A stretch of DNA of 49,672 bases, from the NCBI GenBank assembly GCA_039805365.1, contig JBDLUK010000130.1, positions 1 through 49,672 on the forward strand, written 5' to 3'. Of the stretch, positions 18,173-27,200 are shown in pieces; position 1 is the stretch's first letter; each line of letters opens with the position of its first letter. Source of the stretch: Bacteroidota bacterium (GTDB taxonomy: Bacteria; Bacteroidota; Bacteroidia; Flavobacteriales_D; Sanyastnellaceae). The position numbers were made by a program, and so were the translations under genes. The notes under the pieces are model-generated. The model had not been told where the DNA came from. It worked only from the letters and a program-made list of their open reading frames with translations, and did not search any database.

Positions 18173-18680
18173 CAGCTAAAACGTTGGACAACATTGCTAC
18201 CAATTGTTTTTCGTGGCCATCTTGCATTCTCTGAAAGCTCTCATGCAAAAAAGTTTGAGATTCTATAAGTTGGGCTTCTAACAAAGGTCCTTCCATTGTG
18301 TCCAAAATAGAATAGCATTCCAGTAGTGTCTCCATTCCTCCTTCCACAGCCATTTCAGTAAGTTCTCTAACAAACTCCACTGGATTTCCTCCCGCGTTCC
18401 ACATAAAAGCCATTACTTGGCCTCTGTGCATTTTCCACTCAGGTTTTCTCAATGCTTGCATCAACTCATCTTCAAATCCTGATACTTTGAGGGAACCCAT
18501 CATGGTGCTCAGTCGCTCTTTCAATTCAGCATCTTTGGTATCAAAAAAAAGTGCCAGCAAAGGCTGAATATATTCAACAGATGGATTTTCTTGAATCTTT
18601 TCTATAGCACTTTCAACCTGTGCATCGTTGCCCGAAAACAATTCGGCTACGACTTCACCAACAACTATTTTTTTTGACAT
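18153..18680 (-). CDS. Hypothetical helical acidic protein (175 aa)
   Basis: Long ORF with coding-like composition. I prefer the start at ATG (MSKKIVVGEV) over the upstream TTG. No motif recognised. Confidence 0.55.
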   Translation of the reverse strand: MSKKIVVGEVVAELFSGNDAQVESAIEKIQENPSVEYIQPLLALFFDTKDAELKERLSTMMGSLKVSGFEDELMQALRKPEWKMHRGQVMAFMWNAGGNPVEFVRELTEMAVEGGMETLLECYSILDTMEGPLLEAQLIESQTFLHESFQRMQDGHEKQLVAMLSNVLAEKEIEE

Positions 18681-18756
18681 AAAAAGGATTTTTTTTTTGC
18701 AAAAATAATTGGTATTGTCAAGCATTAGCGCTAATATTGTTATCAAACTTAAATTA

Positions 18757-19080
18757 ATGAAACATTTACTTCTAATTGTAGCTTTTGTTTTTAGCGCTCA
18801 AATTTGGGCTCAAAATGCAACTTCACAAAACATCAATATCACTGGTCAAACAGACAGAGCAGCGCTATGGCAAATTCATCAGGATATGAAATTAGAAGGT
18901 TTAAATTTCAATTATAATCCTGAATTTAATAGCGATAGAAAGCTGAAATCACTTTCATACGTTATCACGGATAGCGAGGGAAACACCCTAGAGAAAATTG
19001 ATGCCTTTGTTTTCGGAACCAACGGAAACAGCATTCAAATTCGATTAAAGAAAAAGAATGGTAAATGGATCAAGGAATAA
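18757..19080 (+). CDS. Hypothetical small secreted protein (107 aa)
   Basis: Signal peptide MKHLLLIVAFVFSAQIWAQ. A strong terminator follows. Confidence 0.55.
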   Translation: MKHLLLIVAFVFSAQIWAQNATSQNINITGQTDRAALWQIHQDMKLEGLNFNYNPEFNSDRKLKSLSYVITDSEGNTLEKIDAFVFGTNGNSIQIRLKKKNGKWIKE

Positions 19081-19098
19081 ATCTTCCTTATTCACTTT

Positions 19099-19126
19099 AA
19101 AAAAACCGCCATTGCGGTTTTTTTTG
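19099..19126 (+). terminator. Rho-independent terminator
   Basis: Sequence aaaaaaccgc-catt-gcggtttttttt: an A-run, a GC stem and a T-run. Confidence 0.7.
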
Positions 19127-19137
19127 TGACTATACTT

Positions 19138-19145
19138 TAACTTTG
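19138..19145 (+). promoter_or_regulatory. -7 box TAACTTTG, 4 nt upstream of the rpoN ATG
   Basis: Perfect TAnnTTTG, followed by gaat and then ATG 19150. Confidence 0.5.
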
Positions 19146-19149
19146 GAAT

Positions 19150-20604
19150 ATGTTAAAACAGCATCTTCAACTTAAACTTCAACAAAAGCTATCCCCTCAA
19201 CAAATTCAGTTGATGAAATTGCTTCAGGTCACTACAATGGACCTCGAGCAAAGAATCAAGGAAGAATTGGTAGACAATCCCGCCCTTGAAGAAGGAAGTG
19301 AAGAATCAGATTCGGATAGTGATGTTGACTTAATGGACAACAACGAAGAAGATAATTCAGCTGATGAAAATGATTTCGATATTAGCGATTATTTCGATGA
19401 TGATGAAACACCTGATTACAAAACCAAAATAAGCAATCAAGGCGCTGACATAGAAGACCGACAAACGCCAATTGGACAAGGCAGCTCTTTCCAAGATCTG
19501 TTGTACGACCAAATTCATCTTTTAGATCTAGATGAAAAAGAATCATACATTGCAGAATACCTTATTGGCAATTTAGACGATGACGGCTACTTGCGAAGAG
19601 ATTTGAATTCCATTTGTAATGACTTGCTTTTTTCAACGGGCATTGAAGCCAATTTAAAAGAGGTCGAATCTGCACTACTCCAGATTCAAACCTTAGATCC
19701 TGCTGGAATTGGAGCGAGAGATCTTAAAGAATGCCTTTTGCTTCAACTCAAAAGACAATTCCCCAAAACGGAAACAATACAAACTGCATTGCTTATCCTA
19801 AGTAAATACTTTGATGAGTTCACCAAAAAGCATTACGAAAAAATAGCCTTACGTTTGAATCTTACTTTGTCAGAAATAAAACCGAGTATCGATTGTATTC
19901 TCCATCTAAATCCTAGACCTGGAAATAGTGGATCTGACAGCGTAAAAGAAGTTCCTCAGATTACTCCTGACTTTTTGCTAGTGAATGATGAGGGAGAATT
20001 AAAACTTTCTTTGAATGGTCGCAACTCACCGGAATTAAAAATCTCACATCGATACAAAGAGATGTTGCAACAGTATTCCACCAAGGGAAAAAAAGATGCC
20101 AGTCAGAAAGAAGCTATTTTATTTGTAAAGCAAAAAATTGATTCTGCAAAATGGTTCATTGATGCATTGGTGCAACGGAACCATACATTGATGATTTGCA
20201 TGGAGGCCATCATCGATCATCAAAAGTCATTTTTCTTAACTGGAGATGAATCGAAATTGAAACCCATGATTTTGAAAGACATTGCAGATCGAGTGGGGAT
20301 GGATATTTCAACCATCAGCAGAATGGCCAACAGCAAATACATTCAAACTACTTTTGGCACATACCTTCTCAAATATTTTTTCGCTGAAGGATTGAGCACT
20401 GACGATGGCGAGGAAGCCAGTTCCAGAGAAATCAAGCAAATTCTCAAAGACGCGATTGAGCAAGAGCAAAAAAATAAGCCTTTGCCTGACGAAAAATTAA
20501 TGGCGTTACTTAACGAAAAAGGATATAATATTGCGCGAAGGACAGTAGCCAAATACCGAGAGCAATTGGGTATTCCCGTTGCACGATTGAGAAAGGAAAT
20601 ATGA
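19150..20604 (+). CDS. rpoN: RNA polymerase sigma-54 factor
   Basis: Region I (LKLQQKLSPQQIQLMKLLQ), acidic region II, and the C-terminal RpoN box ARRTVAKYRE. Confidence 0.95.
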   Translation: MLKQHLQLKLQQKLSPQQIQLMKLLQVTTMDLEQRIKEELVDNPALEEGSEESDSDSDVDLMDNNEEDNSADENDFDISDYFDDDETPDYKTKISNQGADIEDRQTPIGQGSSFQDLLYDQIHLLDLDEKESYIAEYLIGNLDDDGYLRRDLNSICNDLLFSTGIEANLKEVESALLQIQTLDPAGIGARDLKECLLLQLKRQFPKTETIQTALLILSKYFDEFTKKHYEKIALRLNLTLSEIKPSIDCILHLNPRPGNSGSDSVKEVPQITPDFLLVNDEGELKLSLNGRNSPELKISHRYKEMLQQYSTKGKKDASQKEAILFVKQKIDSAKWFIDALVQRNHTLMICMEAIIDHQKSFFLTGDESKLKPMILKDIADRVGMDISTISRMANSKYIQTTFGTYLLKYFFAEGLSTDDGEEASSREIKQILKDAIEQEQKNKPLPDEKLMALLNEKGYNIARRTVAKYREQLGIPVARLRKEI

Positions 20605-21224
20605 GTTTGATTTACAGAGTAGCGCAAGTATTGTCAATAATTTTTCATCCCTTGTGGATGCCATTATTGATTTACGCCATCGTCAGATGGATGGATCCTT
20701 ATTTTATTGCTCCCACTCATGCAGATAGTTTTGTTTTGGCATTGCTCGTTATCAATATTATCGCGCCCGCGCTGAGCATAATGGTGATGATCAAATACGG
20801 AATGGTTTCTGGAATCGAACTTCGTGAAAGAAAAGAGCGTTGGGGTCCCTACCTTTTGGTTATTTTTTATTACTGCATTTGTTATGCCCTGCTCAGATGG
20901 CAAGGTCCCATCTTACCTAAAGAAGTATTTTCATTTGTATTTGCCGTTATCGTCTCTCTGGTTTTTTCACTAATCATTAATTCATTTTGGAAAATTAGTG
21001 TTCACATGTTGGGTCAAGGTGGTGTTTTTGGTAGCCTTCTTGCTTTGAAGTATGTTCATATGGCAGACGTCACCATGATTGCTTTATGCACCATATTAAT
21101 GGCGTCTTTAACCGCGTACAGTCGCGTTAAACTCGATGCCCATACCCATGCGCAGACCTATGCTGGTTTTGCATTGGGAACGGCAATCAATTGGATTATT
21201 ATCTCTAACCACTGGATGATATGA
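20601..21224 (+). CDS. Polytopic membrane protein, PAP2-like (tentative)
   Basis: About six hydrophobic segments. Motifs resembling PAP2 C2/C3 (SVHMLG; SRVKLDAHTHAQ). ATGA start/stop overlaps with rpoN upstream and galE downstream. Confidence 0.5.
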   Translation: MSLIYRVAQVLSIIFHPLWMPLLIYAIVRWMDPYFIAPTHADSFVLALLVINIIAPALSIMVMIKYGMVSGIELRERKERWGPYLLVIFYYCICYALLRWQGPILPKEVFSFVFAVIVSLVFSLIINSFWKISVHMLGQGGVFGSLLALKYVHMADVTMIALCTILMASLTAYSRVKLDAHTHAQTYAGFALGTAINWIIISNHWMI

Positions 21225-22228
21225 GACCAGAAATATTGGTTACGGGAGGAGCAGGATTTATTGGAGCCCACACTGTCGTTGCCTTATATGAAGCTGGTTT
21301 CTTACCCATCATCCTCGACAACTTTAGCAATACTCATGTAGAAATGCTGGATGGCATTGAATCTATTATTGGAATCAAGCCTACTACATACCAACAAGAT
21401 TGCTGTGACTCCAAAGCTGTATATGACGTATTTAAAAGTCATCAAGTAAAAGGAGTCATTCATTTCGCGGCTTTTAAATCTGTAGCTGAATCTGTAGCTG
21501 AACCTGAAAAATACAAGTACAACAATTTGCAATCTTTGACAACGATTCTTGATGCTATGAAAAGTTATCAGGTCCGTGACTTTGTATTTTCAAGTAGTGC
21601 CACGGTTTATGGTCAGCCCGATTTGAATCCTGTAGACGAAAACACCGAATGGAAAGATGCCGCATCCCCTTATGGATGGACCAAGCAACAAGGAGAAATA
21701 ATAATCAACGAATTCAAAAACCAAAACCCCAACTTTAATGCTGCGCTCCTGAGGTATTTCAATCCGATTGGTGCTCATCCATCTGGCAACATTGGGGAAT
21801 ACCCAATTGGTATACCCAATAATTTGATACCATTGGTAAATCAAGCAGCATTAGGATTGAGGACATTAAAAATTTTCGGTTCCGACTACAACACCCCTGA
21901 CGGGACTTGCGTTCGTGATTATATCCATGTAATGGACTTGGCGAATGCCCATGTGAAGGCATTGCAATGGTTAAAAAATGAGACTTCTACCATTGAAGTA
22001 TTCAATCTAGGTCAAGGCAAAGGCGACTCGGTCAAAGAGATCATCGAAATGTACCAAAGCGCTAATAATATCACGATTCCATTTGAACTTGCTGATCGCC
22101 GACCCGGAGATGTTGAATCCATTTGGGCAGATGTGCGCAAAGCCAAAGACATACTGAAATGGCAAAGTCAATACACCACTTATGAGGCATTGGTCCATGC
22201 CCATCAATTTGCCAAGCGCATAGCGTGA
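21221..22228 (+). CDS. galE: UDP-glucose 4-epimerase
   Basis: GGAGFIGAH Rossmann motif, SPYGWTK (YxxxK) catalytic motif, and SDR extended-family length. Confidence 0.92.
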   Translation: MRPEILVTGGAGFIGAHTVVALYEAGFLPIILDNFSNTHVEMLDGIESIIGIKPTTYQQDCCDSKAVYDVFKSHQVKGVIHFAAFKSVAESVAEPEKYKYNNLQSLTTILDAMKSYQVRDFVFSSSATVYGQPDLNPVDENTEWKDAASPYGWTKQQGEIIINEFKNQNPNFNAALLRYFNPIGAHPSGNIGEYPIGIPNNLIPLVNQAALGLRTLKIFGSDYNTPDGTCVRDYIHVMDLANAHVKALQWLKNETSTIEVFNLGQGKGDSVKEIIEMYQSANNITIPFELADRRPGDVESIWADVRKAKDILKWQSQYTTYEALVHAHQFAKRIA

Positions 22229-22258
22229 TTTCTGCTATAACTGGCGGTTTTATTTAGT

Positions 22259-22266
22259 TAAATTTG
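22259..22266 (+). promoter_or_regulatory. -7 box TAAATTTG, 4 nt upstream of ATG 22271
   Basis: Perfect TAnnTTTG, followed by aaac and then ATG. Confidence 0.5.
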
Positions 22267-22270
22267 AAAC

Positions 22271-23737
22271 ATGCAATTGCTAGAAAAAGATTTGTTTCAA
22301 TTGAAAAGCAGGAATATCGTTCCCGATTCTTTCTTAGAAAACACCAATCGTATTCTGAAGAAAATCAAGGCCACCAAAATAGAGAAGCCTTGTACTTTGG
22401 GCGATGGTATTGAAGTCCTATCGCCCATGGACTGCTTAAAATACAATCAAACTTTTGAAGCAAGGAAAAATAAAAAGTCAACTATTTTTATCCCCGCTTC
22501 TGGAGCTGCCACCAGAATGTTCAAGCACATATCAGCCATACATTCCTTTGAAATGGATCAAATGGCTGAGGAATTCATCATACATTTTAAGAATTTCCCT
22601 TTCTTTCCAACACTAGAAATAAAGTTCAACGCACTCGGTCATAACATACATGACATGATCAACCAAGATCAATGGCATGATATCATAAGAATCATGTGCA
22701 ATGACATTTCATTTATACAACTGCCCAAAGCACTTATTCCTTTTCACAATTTTGAATCACAGCAAGTATCGGCATTGTTCGAACAGGTGCGTGAAGGATT
22801 GACATATGCCACAAATTTGCAATCGCCATGCACATTTCACTTTACCATTTCACCTGAAATTAAAGTGGAATATGAAATTGAAGTAACAAAAATATTGGAT
22901 CATTTTGGTCATGACAATTTGCAAATTTCCTACAGTTATCAATCACCTAAAACGGATACACCCGCTTTAAAAAATGATGGGGGGTTGGCCCGAGATAAAG
23001 ATGACAAAATCATATTCCGACCTGCAGGTCATGGAGCATTGCTTGAGAATCTTCAGCAGATAAATTCTGATATCATTTTCATCAAAAATATTGATAACGT
23101 TTCCCACCATCGCTGGACCCAGGAAATTACTTTTTACAAAAAAGTACTGGCCGGTTACCTGCTAGATATCGTTGCTGAATCTCACCAACTCTTACTTGAA
23201 CTAGAAAGAAACAACGAAAAAATTTTAGATGCTGTTCGCGATTTTCTTTTCCGTCATTTTGGCTATCAGTTGAGCGAAGATCTTACAATTGGTAAAGCTT
23301 ATGATCTTCTTTATCGCCCAATTAGAGTTTGCGGTATGGTGAAAAATGAAGGTGAACCGGGAGGTGGGCCATTTTGGGTCATGCAATCCAATGGATACAT
23401 CAGCAAGCAAATTGTAGAGAAAAATCAAATTGACACTGCAGATCCAATTCAAAGTCAATGTTTGGCTCATTCAACACACTTCAATCCTGTAGATATCGTA
23501 TGTTGTATCAATGACCACAACGGTAAAAAATACAATTTGAAGCAATACGTGGATGAGAGCGCTTCCTTTATTTCCGATAAATTTCAAGAAGGACAAATTG
23601 TGAAGGCACTTGAATTACCGGGATTGTGGAATGGTTCAATGGCAGGCTGGAACTCCATTTTTATTGAAGTCCCCAACTCTACTTTTCACCCTGTAAAGAC
23701 AGTGAATGATTTATTAAGACCTGGCCACCAGGGATAA
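22271..23737 (+). CDS. DUF4301-like protein, possibly with a nucleotide-sugar pyrophosphorylase-like fold (tentative)
   Basis: IPASGAATRMFK and FRPAGHGALLENL recall the UDP-sugar pyrophosphorylase fold. The ~490-aa size and the Bacteroidota context fit my recollection of DUF4301. Confidence 0.45.
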   Translation: MQLLEKDLFQLKSRNIVPDSFLENTNRILKKIKATKIEKPCTLGDGIEVLSPMDCLKYNQTFEARKNKKSTIFIPASGAATRMFKHISAIHSFEMDQMAEEFIIHFKNFPFFPTLEIKFNALGHNIHDMINQDQWHDIIRIMCNDISFIQLPKALIPFHNFESQQVSALFEQVREGLTYATNLQSPCTFHFTISPEIKVEYEIEVTKILDHFGHDNLQISYSYQSPKTDTPALKNDGGLARDKDDKIIFRPAGHGALLENLQQINSDIIFIKNIDNVSHHRWTQEITFYKKVLAGYLLDIVAESHQLLLELERNNEKILDAVRDFLFRHFGYQLSEDLTIGKAYDLLYRPIRVCGMVKNEGEPGGGPFWVMQSNGYISKQIVEKNQIDTADPIQSQCLAHSTHFNPVDIVCCINDHNGKKYNLKQYVDESASFISDKFQEGQIVKALELPGLWNGSMAGWNSIFIEVPNSTFHPVKTVNDLLRPGHQG

Positions 23738-24344
23738 TTTCTATGCTTTTATTGCAACATCCAATTTCATCTTGATCATGATTTGATGCTATAAAAATGA
23801 AATGATGTTGCACATTGGCTATTTGCTTTTTGTACCATTCTATGGACTTGGCATCCAAATGGGCCGTGGGCTCGTCCAATATCAGTACATCCGCATTCAG
23901 CGCAAAAGCGATCATCAATTTTACCCGTTGACGCATTCCAGAAGACAATTGAATCAAGGGCTTCGAAAGATGCCCATCCAATTCCAATGCTTCAATTATA
24001 GTATCGGGAGACCAATTAACATGATACCCTCGCATTTCATCATATAAATGGATGACTTCCTTAATTGAAAGTGACAATGGTAACTCCAACGTTGGAGAAC
24101 ACCATGCTACTCTATTCCACCAACTATCTACAGGAATAATCTTAGATTCAGACTCCCATAGAATTTGTCCCTCTGAAGGTGATAAAAAACCGGCCAACAT
24201 AGAGGTAATTGATGATTTGCCCGACCCATTTCCGCCAAGCACTGCAACGATATCTCCTTTAGAAAACGCTACTTCAACTCCTCTAAAAAGCCATTGTCGC
24301 TGAAAACGTCTTCCCAATTTTTGAAGACGGATACAATCAACCAT
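23679..24344 (-). CDS. ABC transporter ATP-binding protein
   Basis: Walker A GGNGSGKSS, signature LSSGMRQRV, Walker B VLILDEPTAHLD. Its start overlaps the lpxA stop by 8 nt. Confidence 0.85.
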   Translation of the reverse strand: MVDCIRLQKLGRRFQRQWLFRGVEVAFSKGDIVAVLGGNGSGKSSITSMLAGFLSPSEGQILWESESKIIPVDSWWNRVAWCSPTLELPLSLSIKEVIHLYDEMRGYHVNWSPDTIIEALELDGHLSKPLIQLSSGMRQRVKLMIAFALNADVLILDEPTAHLDAKSIEWYKKQIANVQHHFIFIASNHDQDEIGCCNKSIEIIPGGQVLINHSLSLQGEK

Positions 24345-25113
24345 TGACCCCTTTCACTACTCCCTTATCCGAAGCTTGAATAAAGGCCAAAATTTCATCC
24401 TTAAACTCCCCTGCCGGCAATTCACTAACCATCTCAACACCCTTTCCTACGGTCGGCGCATGTACATACAACTTGCGGTAGATATCCTCAATTGCCTGGA
24501 CAGATTCTTCAGAAAAATTACGTCTTCTTAATCCAATGGCATTTACACCAATGAACGAAAGTGGCTCACGCGCAACCTTGATATAAGGCGGAACATTTTT
24601 TCTTACCAATGAACCACCTGCGATAAATGCATGCTTTCCAATTCTTACAAACTGTTGAACTGCAACAACACCTTCGATGATTACCCAATCTTCAATATCC
24701 ACGTGACCCGCGATATTTCCAGAATTGGCAATGATACAGTTATTGCCTACGAAAGCATCGTGCGCGATGTGCACATAAGCCATCAATAAACAATGACTTC
24801 CTACTTTGGTGGTCATTCTATCAGATGTACCTCTGTTTATCGTTACACATTCACGAATTGTGGTATGGTCGCCAACCTCCGCTGTGGTGTGTTCGCCGAT
24901 AAATTTCAAATCTTGGGGAATCGCGGAAATTACAGCACCTGGGAAAATTCTACAATTGGATCCGATGCGCGCACCGTTCATAATCGTCACATTTGGTCCT
25001 ATCCAAGTGTTATCTCCGATAACAACATCTTCTTCGATAGAAGTAAAAGGTCCAATCTCAACATTTTGTCCAATTTTTGCTTGTGGGTGTACCACACTCA
25101 TGGGATGAATCAT
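24337..25113 (-). CDS. lpxA: Acyl-ACP--UDP-N-acetylglucosamine O-acyltransferase
   Basis: N-terminal hexapeptide-repeat beta-helix plus a C-terminal helical domain, ~258 aa, positioned directly after lpxC/fabZ. Confidence 0.9.
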   Translation of the reverse strand: MIHPMSVVHPQAKIGQNVEIGPFTSIEEDVVIGDNTWIGPNVTIMNGARIGSNCRIFPGAVISAIPQDLKFIGEHTTAEVGDHTTIRECVTINRGTSDRMTTKVGSHCLLMAYVHIAHDAFVGNNCIIANSGNIAGHVDIEDWVIIEGVVAVQQFVRIGKHAFIAGGSLVRKNVPPYIKVAREPLSFIGVNAIGLRRRNFSEESVQAIEDIYRKLYVHAPTVGKGVEMVSELPAGEFKDEILAFIQASDKGVVKGVNG

Positions 25114-25124
25114 CAGTTCTCTAT

Positions 25125-26537
25125 TTAATTTTGTGGAACTTTATCTTTAACAATCTGGGCCAACATCGAAGCCTCACTCACCACTTTGCCATTCACGTAG
25201 GCTGTGCCAGACATATTCACCAATCCTCTTCTGATTGGACTAATCAACTTTAATTTGAAAACAACGGTATCTCCAGGAATCACTTTCTGCTTAAACTTCA
25301 CATCATCAATTTTCATAAAGTACGTGCTGTATGATTCTGGGTCTTCCACTTGACTCAATGCAAAAATCCCACCTACTTGCGCCATGGCCTCTATTTGTAA
25401 AACTCCTGGCATAACTGGATTATTTGGGAAGTGACCTTGAAAAAAAGGCTCATTCATCGTCACGTTCTTAACTCCCACAATCGACTCACTGTCCATGGCC
25501 ATGATTTTATCAATCAACAAAAATGGATAGCGGTGGGGCAACATTTTTGTAATGTCATTGATGTCATAAATCGGTGGCTGTGTCAAATCAATCATTTCCG
25601 GCTCTGACTTTTCCTTCTTGATCAATTGCTTGATCAGTTTAGCAAACTCCACATTACCATAGTGTCCAGGACGTGCAGCAAGAATGTGCCCCCTGATAAA
25701 ACGCCCTGTTAATGCCAAGTCACCAACGATATCCAACAATTTGTGTCGAGCAGGTTCATTTTCATATTGCAACTTTATGGTATTCAAAACGCCAATTCCT
25801 TCGACTTTGATATCCATAGGTTCTCTACCCAATTTTTTCATGATGGAAGCGATATCCTCCGTTGAGTAATCCTTGTCTACCATGACAATGGCATTGTCCA
25901 GACTACCGCCCTTGATCAATCCATGCTCTGCGAGCAACTCCAATTCACGCAAGAAGACAAAAGTTCTACATCTAGAAATTTCCGATTTGAAATCTCCCAA
26001 TTGATACATGTGTGCATGCTGAGTTCCTAAAATGGGTGAATTGTAGTCCACCATCACTGTCACACGAAACTCACCACCTGCAGTTGGCACAGCCAACATT
26101 TCAATCCCCTTGACTGCATCTTCGTATGTCAAGTTCTCTTTTAATTCAAAATACTTCCTCTCGGCATTTTGCTCCTCAAAACCAACAGACTCAATGGCCT
26201 CGACAAAAGGAATTGAACTTCCATCCATAATAGGCATTTCAGGTCCATCAACTTGAATCAATACATTGTCCAATTCACAACCATAGATGGCTGCTAAAAC
26301 ATGCTCGGTTGTATGCACCTTGGCACCATTTAATTCCAATGTAGTTCCGCGCTGTGTGGTGGTTACCAAATCACAGTCCGCAGGAATCTTTGGCTGCCCC
26401 TCTAAATCTACTCTTTGAAATTGATACCCATGATTTTCAGGAGCTGGGCAAAGGCTCAAGGAGACCATCGCACCTGTATGCAAACCAACTCCTTGTAAAT
26501 GTACAATCGACTTTAGCGTTCTTTGTTTCACTGACAT
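25125..26537 (-). CDS. lpxC/fabZ: Bifunctional UDP-3-O-acyl-GlcNAc deacetylase / 3-hydroxyacyl-ACP dehydratase
   Basis: LpxC part (HTTEHVLAA, GGSLDNAIV) fused to a FabZ hot-dog domain (LPHRYPFLLIDK, FFQGHFPNNPVMPGVL). I prefer the start at ATG 26537 (MSVKQRT). Confidence 0.95.
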   Translation of the reverse strand: MSVKQRTLKSIVHLQGVGLHTGAMVSLSLCPAPENHGYQFQRVDLEGQPKIPADCDLVTTTQRGTTLELNGAKVHTTEHVLAAIYGCELDNVLIQVDGPEMPIMDGSSIPFVEAIESVGFEEQNAERKYFELKENLTYEDAVKGIEMLAVPTAGGEFRVTVMVDYNSPILGTQHAHMYQLGDFKSEISRCRTFVFLRELELLAEHGLIKGGSLDNAIVMVDKDYSTEDIASIMKKLGREPMDIKVEGIGVLNTIKLQYENEPARHKLLDIVGDLALTGRFIRGHILAARPGHYGNVEFAKLIKQLIKKEKSEPEMIDLTQPPIYDINDITKMLPHRYPFLLIDKIMAMDSESIVGVKNVTMNEPFFQGHFPNNPVMPGVLQIEAMAQVGGIFALSQVEDPESYSTYFMKIDDVKFKQKVIPGDTVVFKLKLISPIRRGLVNMSGTAYVNGKVVSEASMLAQIVKDKVPQN

Positions 26538-26541
26538 GTTA

Positions 26542-26549
26542 CAAAAATA
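26542..26549 (-). promoter_or_regulatory. -7 box TATTTTTG, 4 nt upstream of the lpxC/fabZ ATG
   Basis: Perfect TAnnTTTG on the minus strand, followed by taac and then ATG 26537. Confidence 0.5.
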
Positions 26550-26579
26550 CACGAAAACCCCTTTGCCATCAGCAAAGTA

Positions 26580-27200
26580 TTACAATTTCCTTGATACTGT
26601 CAATCCATCACGGATGGGCAAAATAACGACTTCCCAATTTGTAGATTGCGCCAAGTGTTTATTCAATTTTTTCAGCACCTCTGTATCCTTATCCTTGGCC
26701 TCTGTTTCAACCAAAACCTTTCCGTTCCAAAGAACATTGTCCCACAATACCCAAGTGCCTGGCTTCAATTTCTCCTCAAGTACTTGGCAATACTTAAAAT
26801 ATCCTGATTTGTCTGAATCCACAAAAATCAAATCCACATCACTCAAATCCATTTTCGTCAATTGCGCATGTGCATCACCGTATATCACCTCTATTGGTAA
26901 ATTCGATAAATACTTTTGATGAATCCAACTCAATTCATCGTTGATATCGAGTGATGTTAGTTTACCTCCATCTCTAAGTCCTTCAGACAAGCAAATTGCA
27001 CTGTAACCTGTGAACGTTCCTATTTCTAAAATTCTTTTGGGACCAATCATCTTCGACATTGCGCTCAATACTCTTCCTTGATACCCCCCTGAGCACATTC
27101 TGGGATTGATGGCTTTCTGCCACGTTTCTTTTTCTAATTCCGCCAAAATCAACGGCACATCAGACATGTGGTCCTCTAAATACGCATCAATACTATACAT
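26580..27200 (-). CDS. Class I SAM-dependent O-methyltransferase (caffeoyl-CoA OMT-like)
   Basis: SAM-binding motif ILEIGTFTGYS, acidic DLIFVDSDK, ~206 aa. The start ATG at 27200 forms a TAATG overlap with the fucosidase stop. Confidence 0.8.
   Translation of the reverse strand: MYSIDAYLEDHMSDVPLILAELEKETWQKAINPRMCSGGYQGRVLSAMSKMIGPKRILEIGTFTGYSAICLSEGLRDGGKLTSLDINDELSWIHQKYLSNLPIEVIYGDAHAQLTKMDLSDVDLIFVDSDKSGYFKYCQVLEEKLKPGTWVLWDNVLWNGKVLVETEAKDKDTEVLKKLNKHLAQSTNWEVVILPIRDGLTVSRKL

Noticed and set aside
21479-21502. Exact 12-nt tandem duplication tctgtagctgaa x2 inside galE, encoding SVAESVAE
   Set aside because: The encoded K-S-V-A-E-S-V-A-E-P-E-K-Y has the same length as the conserved GalE segment as I recall it (K-A-V-G-E-S-V-x-x-P-x-x-Y). 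This is therefore not an insertion or slippage event, just a coincidental repeat.
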